Position numbers and translations under genes: made by a program
Notes under the pieces: model-generated
What the model was told of the DNA's origin: nothing
The model's input: the letters and a program-made list of their open reading frames with translations, nothing else
Databases searched by the model: none
In this document: piece by piece, positions 26,181 to 38,424 of the stretch
Position numbering within the stretch: the stretch's first letter is position 1
Layout of the letters: every line of letters begins with the position of its first letter
From: Octopus vulgaris
Taxonomy: Eukaryota
DNA: 64,000 bases
NCBI GenBank assembly: GCA_951406725.2
Contig: OX597831.1
Location: 55,614,001-55,678,000 of the forward strand
Direction: 5' to 3'

Positions 26181-29100
26181 ACAGGCTTCTTTCAGTTTCT
26201 GTCTACCAAATTCATTCACTGGGTTTTGGTCGGATTGAGACTATAGAAGAAAGTTTCTTACTCTACAACCACTCCTTTGTAATTGTTATTGTTTTGGGTT
26301 AATTGTTTTATATATTTACAATCTTCTGCCAATATGGCAGGACTCAGGACTTTAGTATAATTTGTCCTCTTAAGATCTTAATTGGACCAACGTGTGAGGG
26401 ATAATGTTGACTTGCATTTAAAAAAAAAAATTTCAAGTTTTTTTTTTTGTTTTGTTTTAACCAGTGACAACTCTATCTCTGTAGGTTCAACCATTCACGA
26501 TTGATCTGAATACACATGGGTGAACTAAGAGTATAAAAAAGATATGTTAGTGTCTAAAAATCTAACAGCCACGATCGGATTGGTGCATTTTACATGCCAC
26601 CGGCACGGAAGCCAGTCAAAATTTAACAAAGGCATCTAAATATGAAATGTCGTGAAAATTGTTCAAACTGAAGTCCTTCTTGAGTGACACATTTTTCCAT
26701 TTAAGTCAATACAGAATTACAGATAGTATTCATGGAATTTTGATTTACTGTCAGGTGACTTTTGTTTAACCCTGTAAAGGTTGACTGCCCTGGGGATTAA
26801 AATCATGCCCACTAGCTAAGCCATTACACTTAACACTTTATTCACTATCTCACAGTGATTATAACAACCAAGAAGAGGACATTAGTCTGAATATATTTGT
26901 GTATAATATCCTGGTTATATTTAAAATTCTTCAACCGCTGTCACAATCATAATCCTAGACGAGCAAATAATCTTACTAGGCAGGGCAGGTAACTGTTATT
27001 GCCATATATAAAAGTACAAAATATTTGAACATAGGTTTTCTTAAGTCAAACACAACTTGTATTTTGACCCAAATTCTTTATATGAAAATAGCTAAGTGCA
27101 AATATAATGGCATGTTTATTTAATAGCATATTTGTGGTAATGGTGGTGTAGGTTGTTTGTCATTCTATATAGCAATAATCAACTTGATTTATAAAATTAT
27201 TACTAATAGGTTTCACAACTGATTGATTTTATAATGTGAATATTTGGTATTGACTAAAAGTGTTTGAAGGAACACTGTGTGTGTTGGGGTTAATTGAATT
27301 ATTAAAGAAAAAGTTGCTAATACAAAAAAATACAGGAAAATGAATGGGTGAGAGAACAGTATTATGACTAACTAACCTAGCAACTTGGCATCATTATGTT
27401 ATGAATAGCAGTCACTTTACCTATAAGTTTTTACACAATAGCACTTGCATATTGACTAACATGCTTGTTCCTAATGTGACTGACTGGCTAATATATCAAT
27501 TTAGGACTAACCTGTTCATTTAATCTCTACAATTTGAATAATCAATGATCCAATAGCTTAGAAGTTTCATATTTTTCATCATATCCAACATTTAGAAGGC
27601 AACGGATTTGAGTCCTTTACCAAGAAGTGCTAAGTAAAGAGTTAAGGCAGTTAACCTCTTGTTATCACACTTAGAAATAGAGACAGCAGTTGGTTATAAT
27701 GAATGTCTGCTTTTTAGAAACACCATGAGGTCAAAGTATTGAATAACTAATTGTTATGTTTTTTTGGAGTTCAATGTCTGCTGGAACCATTGTTACTTTC
27801 TTAGACAAACCACAACACACTCACACACACAGACACACAAATAAAAGGGGAAAAAGATTAGCAACTATCTTGTTCAAGTTTATGAACATGAAAATAACAT
27901 GATCATGACAGCTAATGAACTTGAGAAGAGATATTAAATAAAAGCTAACACATATCTCTTACCAAGGAACACTGGAAAATCCCATACGATACTGAAATAG
28001 AATCAAAAAAGAAACTAGTTCACTGAGAAGGTTGTATATGCTCTTTATTCTTTTACTCTTTTACTTGTTTCAGTCTTTTGACTGTGGCCATACTGGAGCA
28101 CCGCCTTTAGTCGAGCAAATTGACCCCAGAACTTATTCTTTGTAAGCCTAGTACTTATTCTATCTGTCTCTTTTATCGAACTGCTAAGTTACGGGGATGT
28201 AAACACACCAGCATCAGTTGTCAAGCGATGTTGGGGGAACAAACACAGAAACACAAACATATACACACACATACATATATATATACATATATACGACGGG
28301 CTTCTTTCAGTTTCCGTCTACCAAATATACTCAAAAAGGCTTTGGTCGGCCCGAGGCTATAGAAGACACTTTCCCAAGGTGCCATGCAGTGGGACTGAAC
28401 CCAGAACCATGTGGTTGGTAAGCAAGCTACTTACCACACAACAACTCTGAAAATAAAAACCCAGATTCTAGAAGGAATAAACCACACTAAAAGCCTGGAT
28501 TAGAGTACCAACAAGTTTATAACTTCACACCTTCAAGGTTATCTTTATGCATTACAGGAGCAAGAATTGCTATCAGGTGCCATCTATATATGAAGCAGAA
28601 GTAATCAACTGATAAATGCTGCTGCTGCTGCTACTTCATGCTTTTGTTTGATGAGGCTGGAGTCATCCCAGGTTAGTCGCCTCGGAGACATTATCATGCA
28701 TAGAGCCACCCAGGTCCACCAGTGCTCTTCATCACTGGAGATCTTATGCCAGCACCTCTACATCCTTGATTTTTGTAGGCATTGTAGGCATGCAGGGGTC
28801 TGTTCTGTTGTTGGGCCATCTGGTTTCTTGTGATCAGTATCATAAGGGGTTGATGGTTCTTCTGGGCAGGTTGTTGGTCTTCTGCTGAATAGTTGGATGA
28901 TGGGGCTGCCATCTTGGTGATGAGCAATGGGTCACCATTACTCTGTAAACTCTCCAGGAGACCAACCTGTCTAGGTTGGCCCTATCAGGAACAAAGCTCC
29001 AGATGGTGATGCTCTCTCAGACCTATGGAACAGTCATTGAATTCAAAAAGATATAACAGTTAGTCATTCAATACTTTGACTTATATAAAACAAAACTAAT

Positions 29101-31324
29101 GATATAAACCACATTGATGCCAACAGTGAAAGAATGTCATTCAGATGCTAACTTCCTATGTGTTGGCCAGAATAAACTAGAAAAGAGTTTAAAAAAAAAA
29201 ATTCTATGAATAAATAGGCACAGGAGTGGCTGTGTGGTAAGTAGCTTGCTTACTAACCACATGGTTCTGGGTTCAGTCCCACTACGTGGCACCATGGGCA
29301 AATGTCTTGTACTATAGCCTCGGGTCGACTAAAGCCTTGTGAGTGGATTTGGTAGACGGAAACTGAAAGAAGCCCGTCATATATATGTATATGTATATAT
29401 ATGTGTGTATGTGTTTGTGTTTTTGTGTTTATCCCCCCCAACATCGCTTGAGAACCGGTGCTGGTGTGTTTACGTCCCCGTAACTTAGCGGTTTGGCAAA
29501 AGAGTCAGAAAGAATAAGTACTAGGCTTACAAAGAATAAGTCCTGGGGTCAATTTGTTCGACTAAAGGCGGTGCTCCAGCATGACCGCAGTCAAATGACT
29601 GAAACAATTAAAAGAGTAAAGAGTAAATACTGAAGCCAATGGATTGAAAGAGTATTATTGGAACCTAATAATTATTTTAAATTTTGGTGCAGAATACCAG
29701 CAATTTTAGTGGGAGGAAGTTGATTTAATCTATCCCAATATGTACATGATGGGTACTTTATTTTATTGACCCTGAAAAGATGAAAAGCAAAGTTGACCTG
29801 AAGCAGGGGGAAGGGGGAATTTGAACTCAGAACATAAAAAGCCAGAAGAAATGCCACTAAGCATTTTGTCTGATGTACTAATAATTGTGCCAGCTTGCCA
29901 CCCTTTTGAACCCTTATAATAAAAAATAGCAATGTAATTAAAAACACAACTGCTTTGATAGTAACTCATTAAAATAAACTCTACAATAAACTCATCTGAC
30001 CAGAGCACTGGTCTGATGTGGAGGTCAGCTGCTTATCTGATTCAATGGGATAATAAGAATATAAAATATTCTTCTTTTGCTCTTTTCAAGCCTAGCCAGT
30101 TTCATGGGCCCGGTTTCCTGGTTTCTGTGTTCCCCCCAGCTAGACGGGACGCCAGTCCATCTCAGCGTTACTCAAGAAGCAGGAAGAGAGAGTGAGAGAA
30201 AGTTGTGGAGAAAGAGTACAACAGGGGTCGCCCCCCCCCCCTGTCGGAGCCTTGTGGAGCTTTTAGGTGTTTTCGCTCAATAAACACACACAACGCCCAG
30301 TTTGGGAATCGAAAACGCGATCCTCTGACAGCGAGTCCACTGCCCTATCCATTGGGCTATTGCGCCTCCACAAATTAAATATGCCTTTTTAAAGAGTCCA
30401 CTGCTCTAACCACTAGGCCATGTGCTTCCACAGGTGGGTGGTATTGAAGGAAGGGACTTTGTGCCAAGTGATGAGAGGTAAGAGTATGACAGAGGAACAG
30501 ATACAGGTGTCTTGCTGTAGAGAAGATATATATAGTTACCCCATTAAGAGGGTGAGAGGGAGTGAGAGTAAGAGAGAACAAAGAGAGATGGTGGCATATT
30601 CTCAAGGTACAAGGATGTGAATATAAATGGAATGGTAGAGGATTGTCCACAGTGCCTGAGTTGAGAGTTCATGTGAATGCAAATGGAGGGAGCAGGGAAT
30701 GCAGCGACTGGAGTGGGGGTAACAGGGTAGGAATGATACAGTTGGCAGGGTGGGGAGGACAGGATTGGGCTTCAGGAGTGGGGGAGGGGATGAGATAAGC
30801 ATAGTGCATGAAGAAGAGATGTAGTTTGATTTATTGGGGTAGGGGTATGAAAAATTTAATGTTACATGTGGGTGGAACATACAGTACTTCCAGAACTGTT
30901 TTGCTGAGGTGGGCAGGTCTTCTTAAGAGCTTCATATTGCCAGATATCTCGATCCCTTGTCACTTCATCTATGAGGTCAAATTGACCAAATGAATGTATA
31001 CAGTTAGAAAAAGCTTGCACTGTTTTAGTTACAAAACCTTTCAGTATTGCTCATATCATTAGAATCCATTCAGACAAAAGTACATATAATTTTAAAAAAC
31101 AAAAAAAGAAAGAAAGAAAAAAATACACAAAAAAAAACTCATCTAACGTTCCATATGACTCAGCTTATGTAAACAAAGTGAAGGAGAAATAGGTAACAAA
31201 TTTTTATTTATGGATTCACAAGTTTCCTTTTACTTGGTCAAGATAACAACAGACTCGCTCTGGTGCACTGATTTGGTTTTGACACTGAATGTATGCTTGT
31301 GACATATATTTTACAAAATATTTT

Positions 31325-31750
31325 AAGTACACTGTTTACATTAGTCAAACTGGTGCCCTCATCTCGATTGTTGCTTTCATTACATTTCAGCTGTTGAACG
31401 CTCCAGCCTTCTTCAGGTGTCTTGTGACTCACCTTAATGCCTTGCCTGGGATTGGGCTCAGGATCTCTAGGTGACTGTACTGCGTTAACCAATGCCTTAT
31501 CATCCACAATGCTAAATTCACTCTGTCACCGCTAATAGGCATAGTGTAGTAGATAAAGGTACTGGTGAGTGCAGGGCAGTCTCCTAGAAGTTCTGAGTTC
31601 AATTCCAGGTAAATGAATCAGAAGACACCTGAAAAAGGCTGGATTGGGCACCAGCTGAAACATAGTGAAAGCAATAATCAAGATGAGGCTACCAGTCTGA
31701 TTCATGTAAACATTGTATATAATACAAATTTCTAATCTCAGAAATAGAGA
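31325..31750. mobile_element. Head-to-head dimer of a tRNA-headed repeat carrying a hammerhead-like tail
   Basis: 31325-31512 (minus) and 31538-31750 (plus) align as inverted copies; B-box GAGTTCAATTCC at 31595-31606; CAC-CUGAA(G/A)A-AGGCUGG..CAGCU-GAAA in both copies. Confidence 0.65.
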
Positions 31751-31959
31751 ATTGAAGATTATTTTAAATTAAAAAAATACTAATAAAAATTATTTTTTAT
31801 AAAATTGAATCAGGAGCTGGGCCAGATCCAAGCCATGACTTCCTCTGTGTTTGACACATCTGGTATATGCTGTATTTTGACATATAACTTGGATAATGGG
31901 TTCAGATTGTTGCCAAGCATTTCCATTTTACAGATGTAAATTTACAATCATTCAAACGT

Positions 31960-32008
31960 CTGGAACACTTCCGGTCCCAAGCATTTTCAATAAAGGATTC
32001 TCAACTGT
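31960..32008. mobile_element. Tigger/pogo-like terminal fragment
   Basis: ggaacacttccggtcccaagcattttcaataaaggattctcaactg-ta resembles a recalled Tigger4/MER46-type terminus followed by TA. Confidence 0.5.
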
Positions 32009-33440
32009 ATTTATTTTATTGATCTTGCTTTCTCTCACAGCACAAAATCAACACACATTTATATTTTATTTAATATCCAAGTTGACTGGGATACTGTGAA
32101 TTAAGTGTCTGTGTTTGCCATGGATACATTGTACAGTAACTGGAGACACTTCTGTTCCTGTATGCTTGTTGCCAATCACCTTATCAGCTCAGTAAGATGT
32201 TTGACTTAATGATTTGATTTTGTTTGTTTTGTTTTTTAATAACAATATACATGAATTGTTACTGTTTTAACCCATGTCAGTCTTAATCGAGAACATCCTG
32301 TCTATAATCACCCCATCATTTTTTTTTCAGGCATAATGTATCTTGGACTGCATTTCCTGAAGTGAGCATTTTTTTTCAATTTTCCACACAATAAGATTTG
32401 ATATAAGGGAAATTTAGTCACTGTTTCCAGCTGGCAGAGCAACCGTATAAGGATTTTCTTGTGTTGACAAACAGTAGAGAAAAGACAGAAAAAGAAATGA
32501 AAATTATCTTGGAATGAAAAAGAGGAAAATTATTGAATAATATAATGAGGAAATTAGCTTTACATGCAAAATCTTTTATCTTCTATCTTTCACTTGTTTC
32601 AGTTACTGAATTGCAGCCATGCTGGGGCACCGCCTTCAATGGCTTAGCTGAAAAAATTCACGCCAGTACTTAATTCTTATGCTTGGTACTTATTCTATCA
32701 ATCTCTTTTGTCAAACTGCTATGTTGCAGGCATGGAAAGAAATCAACATTGGTTGTCAAGTGGAGGTGGGGGAAACACACACATATATATGTATACATAC
32801 ACATATAAATATTTATACGCTGCCTAGACTGGCTTCTGTGCCGGTGGCACGTAAAAAGCACCATCCAAATGTGGCTGATGCCAGTGCCGTCTTGACTGGC
32901 TTCCGTGCCGGTGGCACGTAAAAAGCACCAACCGATCGTGGCCGCTGCCAGACTCCCCTGGCACGTAAAAAGCACCCACTACACTCACGGAGTGGTTGGC
33001 GTTAGGAAGGGCATCCAGCTGTAGAAACACTTCCAGATCAGACTGGAGCCTGGTGCAGCCTCCTGGCTTCCCAGACCCCGGTCGAACTGTCCAACCCATG
33101 CTAGCACGGAAAACGGACGTTAAACGATGATGACGACGACGATGATATATATACATTGGGATCAGAGTATCAACTATCATTATGCACAAAATGAACCACT
33201 TAAACAATAAATACATTGCTCACCAAGACTAATTACTTTGCTTTCAATGAAAGTGTTACTCATTTAGGGGTTGGTCTGGCTGTATGGTAAGAAGTTTGCT
33301 TCCCAGGTACACAGTTCTGGGTTCAGTCCTACTGCATGAACTTTGAGCAAGTGTCTTCTACTACAATCTCTGGTTAATCAAAGCTTTGTGAGTGTATTTG
33401 GTAGGTGGAAACTGAAAGAAGTCCATTGTGTGAAAGTGTG

Positions 33441-34305
33441 TGTAGCGGAGGTGGATGCACAGAGAGTATCACCACTAGAATACGAATAGCCTGGGCAAAG
33501 TTCAGAAAGCTCCTACCCCTACTGGCAACAAAAGGTCTCTCCCTCAGAGCGAAAGGTAGATTGTATGATGCATGTGTGCGAACTGCCATGCTTCACGGTA
33601 ATGAAACATGGGCTGTGACTGCAGAGGACATGCGTAGACTTGAAAGAAATGAAGCTAGCATGATCCGCTGGATGTGTAGTGTCAGTGTGCACGCAAGACA
33701 GAGTGTAAGCATCCTGTGAGAAATGCTGGATATAAGAAGCATCAGATGTGGTGTGCAAGAGCGACGCTTGCGATGGTATGGTCATGTGCTGCGGATGGAT
33801 GAAGAGAGATGTGTGAAGAAGTGCCACTCCCAAACAGTTGAAGGTATCAGGGGGAGAGGTAGACCCAGGAAGACATGGGATGAGGTAGTCAAGCATGACC
33901 TCAGAGCATTGGGCCTCACTGAGGCAATGGCGAAGGACTGAGATCTCTGGAGATATGCTGTGACTGCAAAGACCCGGGCTGCTTTCTGCAGCAATTCCAC
34001 ATACCCCCTACCCATTCAAAGTACCCCGGATCCCGTTGCCCCCATGCCGCTGGCACGTTAAAAGCTCGAACTGATCGTGACCGATGCTGGACCCCCCGGC
34101 CCCTGTGCAGGTGGCACGTAAAAAGCACCCACTCCACTCATGGAGTGGTTGGCGTTAGGAAGGGCATCCAGCCGTAGAAACTCTGCCAGATCAGACTGGA
34201 GCCTGGAGCGGCCCCTGGCTTCCCAGACCCCGGTCGAACCGTCCAACCCGTGCTAGCGCGGAAAACGGACGTTAAACGATGATGATGATGATGATGATGA
34301 TGATG
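33441..34305 (+). mobile_element. RTE LINE, 5'-truncated, next to a SINE head (33270-33430)
   Basis: SGGGCTESITTRIRIAWAKFRKLLPLL..RRLRWYGHVLRM; one stop; (GAT)n tail. Confidence 0.92.
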
Positions 34306-34639
34306 ATATATATAAAATGACACAGAAAACAACACTAAAAATATCCAGATATTTTATTAGCAACCTCAATTACAATTGGGTCAAGTTGAGGAAAAATCTC
34401 TTGAGAAAATAAAAGTACCTGTCACCTGGTTATATTCCAAACTTTCTCTCTTAACTTCAACAACAATTATGCTGATTAATTTTTCATTCTAAAGGTGATG
34501 CAGCAGTACAAAGTAACGATGCAATACTTGCAATGTAATGATTTCAAATGAGTAGGTAAAAGAAATAGGGAGAAATCAGAAATTACTAATTTTACCCCAT
34601 CACTCCTACACTTTATTTTTTTTTCAGACATTTAACATG

Positions 34640-34900
34640 AGAGGGTCACTGCTTCTGTAGCCCAACAGAACAAAACCCTGAACTATCGGGACCTGGCAGT
34701 GAACTATCTTTTCCAGTCTGTGACTTTTGAGACAGTTGGGGTGGCTGGGCTGCTAACAGTGGGATTCTTGCCATCATTGGTAACTCGCCTTACAGAGGTG
34801 CCAGGTGAGCCCGTGAGGGTGTTTGACTTTTCCATTCCAATGCCTTTGCCTTGCCATCGCCTGTGATAATGCCGTGAGAGTGTTGGCTTGCTTCAGTAGG
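34640..34900 (+). pseudogene. CRE-clade non-LTR retrotransposon C-terminal (restriction-like endonuclease) relic
   Basis: AQQNKTLNYRDLAVNYLFQSVTFETVGVAG..FL..L..RLTEVPGEP / FQCLCLAIACDNAVRVL resembles the recalled K..KY..L...F.P.A.ETLG..G..QRLS.AIQRGNA motif. Confidence 0.65.
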
Positions 34901-35845
34901 TTTTGTTGGACCTTGTAATGTGTGACTAATTGAAGCATTTGGCTGCATTTATGTTTTTTCTTTTTTTGGTTTGTATAAATTAAACAATAGTTGCACTCAA
35001 TTTTAAATAAGAAAATGCATGACAATAAAATAAATTATCATATTAAATATACAACCATATTTTAAGTTAACACTAAACAGATATAATTTATAGGTATTTA
35101 TTTCATCAACTCCTTAGGGGCTGGAAACCCTTCAAAAGGGTTAGCAGAGGACCCAAACTTAGTTGAGTACCATTGGTAACACTTCTGCATATTATAGGTA
35201 CCTATTTCTTTATTACCCACAAGGGGCTAAACACAGAGGGGACAAACAGGGACAGACATAGGTATAAAGTCGATTACATCGACCCCAGTGCGTAACTGGT
35301 ACTTAATTTATCGACCCCGAAAGGATGAAAGGCAAAGTCGACCTCGGCGGAATTTGAACTCACAACGTAACGGCAGACGAAATACCGCTAAGCATTTCGC
35401 CCGACGTGCTAACGGTTCAGCCAGCTCGCCGCAGGTACCTCAGTCAATTGTACTCAGGTTTTTCTTGCTTAGTTTTTTTTTCTATCCGTATGTGAGTGTA
35501 GGGGATTGTGTACCTTAAGGTTACGTTTATACATGTGAACTGGTGATGAGAAAAACTTTATTATTATTATTATTATTATTATTAAGTTCCAGGATAACTG
35601 AATCCTAATGTTTCGAACTGAGAATCTTGATCAAAGATGAAAGGAGATGGTTGTAAATCGGTTTTAAGATGAAGACGACCGACTGAATATATTTTATTAT
35701 ATTATATTATATGTATGTGTGTATGTATGTATTTAGATCTTTTTCATTTTCTTACAAACTAAAAAATAACGTACTTTTTGATATAGTTTTGCATGCAACT
35801 ATTGTAGTTCTATTATTTGGATACAAAAACTTACAAGCATTTAAA

Positions 35846-35859
35846 GTTGCCATGGCAAC
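35846..35859. promoter_or_regulatory. Perfect palindromic RFX X-box in a promoter-like cluster
   Basis: GTTGCCATGGCAAC; nearby ETS-like ACTTCCG (about 35880) and reverse CCAAT (GATTGG, 35911); unique sequence about 1 kb upstream of the nicotinamidase ATG. Confidence 0.6.
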
Positions 35860-36109
35860 TACGGTAGCCAACAGTTTCGACTTCCGCTTGTGAGGACACT
35901 GGACTCCTTTGATTGGCTAAAAAATATATAACTTTAAAAGCTTCCATCTTGTTTATTATTAATTTTTCGATAAAATGAATGCGATATTCGTCATCAACAT
36001 GCAAAACTACATATGTGTGGAAAATTTGAAAACAATCCATTGAGAATTGAAAAATCTTCAAGTGGTTGAAAGGAAACGAAAAAGATCCATGTATTTTAAA
36101 TATGGATAG

Positions 36110-36127
36110 ATTGATAGATAGACAGAC

Positions 36128-36210
<83 letters not shown>

Positions 36211-36408
36211 ATGTGTGTGTGTGTGTCCATACATGTGTATTAAATGCTACTTAACAGGGTATTCTTGATAATCAGTTTAAAGTTCACAGTTGTAGGCCAT
36301 GGTAGGAATATCTTTGTTGGCATGGTGAGTGAGGACGCACCAATCCGGCTTTATCAATATCTCCCCCCCCCTCTTTTTCCCTATCTACTCTATCCGCCAC
36401 TACTACTA

Positions 36409-36478
<70 letters not shown>
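36110..36478. repeat. (GATA)n/(GA)n/(GT)n and (TAC)n microsatellites upstream of the nicotinamidase
   Basis: Direct read: 36110-36226 and 36400-36478. Confidence 0.9.
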
Positions 36479-36887
36479 GTTTGTTATTTCCTTGTTCTTG
36501 CTATACCACTGTTTAACTATTTACGTAACTGGTGGGTTTAGTAGTCGAACAAAGTGATCGGCCTTAGAAACTAAACAAACCTGCACAGTTCATCTGATGA
36601 TGTATACACGAACCTCTTGATTATTCACTCTGCGCCAGTCAGTCAGCGATCATTGTTTAAATTGAGCACATCGCATATTTTGGTTACTTTCTCTGCTTTG
36701 TTAATAACAGAGAGAAAGAAAGAAGTGTTAAGCAAATAACAATAAATACATCAGCTTTCGATATTCAACATCCGATGTAATAGAAATTTATATCCATCAC
36801 TAATACTGGACTAAGGAAGGAATAACTTTCCGTCTAAAATTATACGTTTCATCAAATAATATATTTATCGTTTTTTTTTTAATTGAA

Positions 36888-37982
36888 ATGTCTGAAAAGC
36901 CTAATGTTATTAGTCATAATAAAAGATTGACTGAGAATTTTCTAGATAAATACAGACGGCAACCAGGGGAAACCCCGAAAGATGAAGTGGATGGTTCGAA
37001 AGACTGGTGCTACGACTGTTTCGTTCATTATGATAAAAACAAAGACGGATTTTTGAATTTGGATGAATTTACCGAAATGCTTAAGGACATTTTCCCTGAA
37101 TCGGACAGCTGTGCAGCTTCTATATCCAGAGAATTGCTAGAACTTTTAGATGAAGATGGAGATCATCTGTTGGGTAGACAGGAAAATCGATGGCAAGTAT
37201 GGCTAAACCGAGTAATAAGACCAATTTCTGCTATTTTGATCATAGATGTCCAAAACGATTTTATCGACGGAACGTTATCATTAAAGAAATGTCCTGCAGG
37301 TCAGAATGGAGCAGATGTCGTCCCTGTAATTAACAAACTTATTAAGTCGGTAAAATTTGATTTGGTGGTGTATTCATTGGACTGGCATGATGACAAACAT
37401 ATATCTTTTATCGACAATCTACGTACAAGAACTTTACACTCCAGCTTTACTCGTTCTGTTGAAGAAATCCAGTTGTATGACAAAGTAACTTTTAGCTTGC
37501 CAGCAGCTCAGTCTCAGGTACTTTGGCCACGGCATTGTGTCCGGGGAACTTGGGGTGCCCAATTACATCGAGAATTATATGTCGCGCCGGGTTCAGTGCA
37601 GGTGTTTAAGGGCACTGACACCGACGTGGACAGCTACTCGGCTTTTTTCGACAACAACAGAGCTTCCCAAACACAGCTGTTTTCCATCTTGCAGAGCCAC
37701 AACGTGACCGATGTTTATGTCTGCGGAATTGCCTATGACGTGTGTGTTAAGTACACAGCCTTAGATGCCCTTCATTTGGGCTTTCAGACCCACCTAATTG
37801 ACGATGCATCCAAAGGAGTTAAACTGGAAGATATTGAGACAACTAAAACGGATTTAGTAGAGAAGGGTTGTTGTTTACTACAATCTCAACAGATTTCCGA
37901 AAATTTATCGAAGGCATTCCAGAATATTGACCGCGGACTATGGATTGCTCGGGCACTTTCCAATGTGTCATGTGTATCGTAA
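36888..37982 (+). CDS. Naam: Single-exon nicotinamidase (isochorismatase-like cysteine hydrolase) with N-terminal EF-hand pair, Naam/PNC1 type
   Basis: 364-aa intact ORF; EF loops DKNKDGFLNLDE and DEDGDHLLGRQE; catalytic D (IDVQNDF), K (KGTD..VDSYSAFFDN) and C (GIAYDVCV); metal ligands in DWH and WPRHC. Confidence 0.93.
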   Translation: MSEKPNVISHNKRLTENFLDKYRRQPGETPKDEVDGSKDWCYDCFVHYDKNKDGFLNLDEFTEMLKDIFPESDSCAASISRELLELLDEDGDHLLGRQENRWQVWLNRVIRPISAILIIDVQNDFIDGTLSLKKCPAGQNGADVVPVINKLIKSVKFDLVVYSLDWHDDKHISFIDNLRTRTLHSSFTRSVEEIQLYDKVTFSLPAAQSQVLWPRHCVRGTWGAQLHRELYVAPGSVQVFKGTDTDVDSYSAFFDNNRASQTQLFSILQSHNVTDVYVCGIAYDVCVKYTALDALHLGFQTHLIDDASKGVKLEDIETTKTDLVEKGCCLLQSQQISENLSKAFQNIDRGLWIARALSNVSCVS

Positions 37983-38424
37983 CGATATTGCTGGTGAGAC
38001 TCATTTCAAATTCTCATTTTATCACTTTCACTCTTTATATTCTTCCTTCCTTCTTTCTCTTTCTCTTTCACACATCTGTTTCTCTCTTTATTAAAATATT
38101 CATGTAGTTCATCCGTAAAGTTTTCATTCGACTGTTTACAGTTCTGTCGACGGATATTTTAGTACTTGGACCTATTGATTGTTTAGAACCCGGTCAATCA
38201 TGATTGAGCATATTTCAATCGTGACTATCCCGTCTTTTAAATATACGTTATCTGATGTTGTTTTTCTTTATTTAAGACTAAAAAAGGTATGACTTTAGCC
38301 GTTATTTCTAGTAGATGGAACAACCACATAAAGAAGATCCCTTGTCGATTGTACATGTGAGTGTGTGTGTGTGTGTGCTCGTCATGCTTTAAATATGCAT
38401 TATTATAACTAAGTTGTGATACTA

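Noticed and set aside
31234-31284. Further minus-strand exon candidates (also about 34419-34488)
   Set aside because: Weak splice sites, in-frame stops when joined to the candidate first exon, and no recognisable peptide.
36888-37982. Bacterial pncA by horizontal transfer or contamination
   Set aside because: The EF-hand fusion and motif spacing follow the animal Naam type, and the flanks are host repeats.
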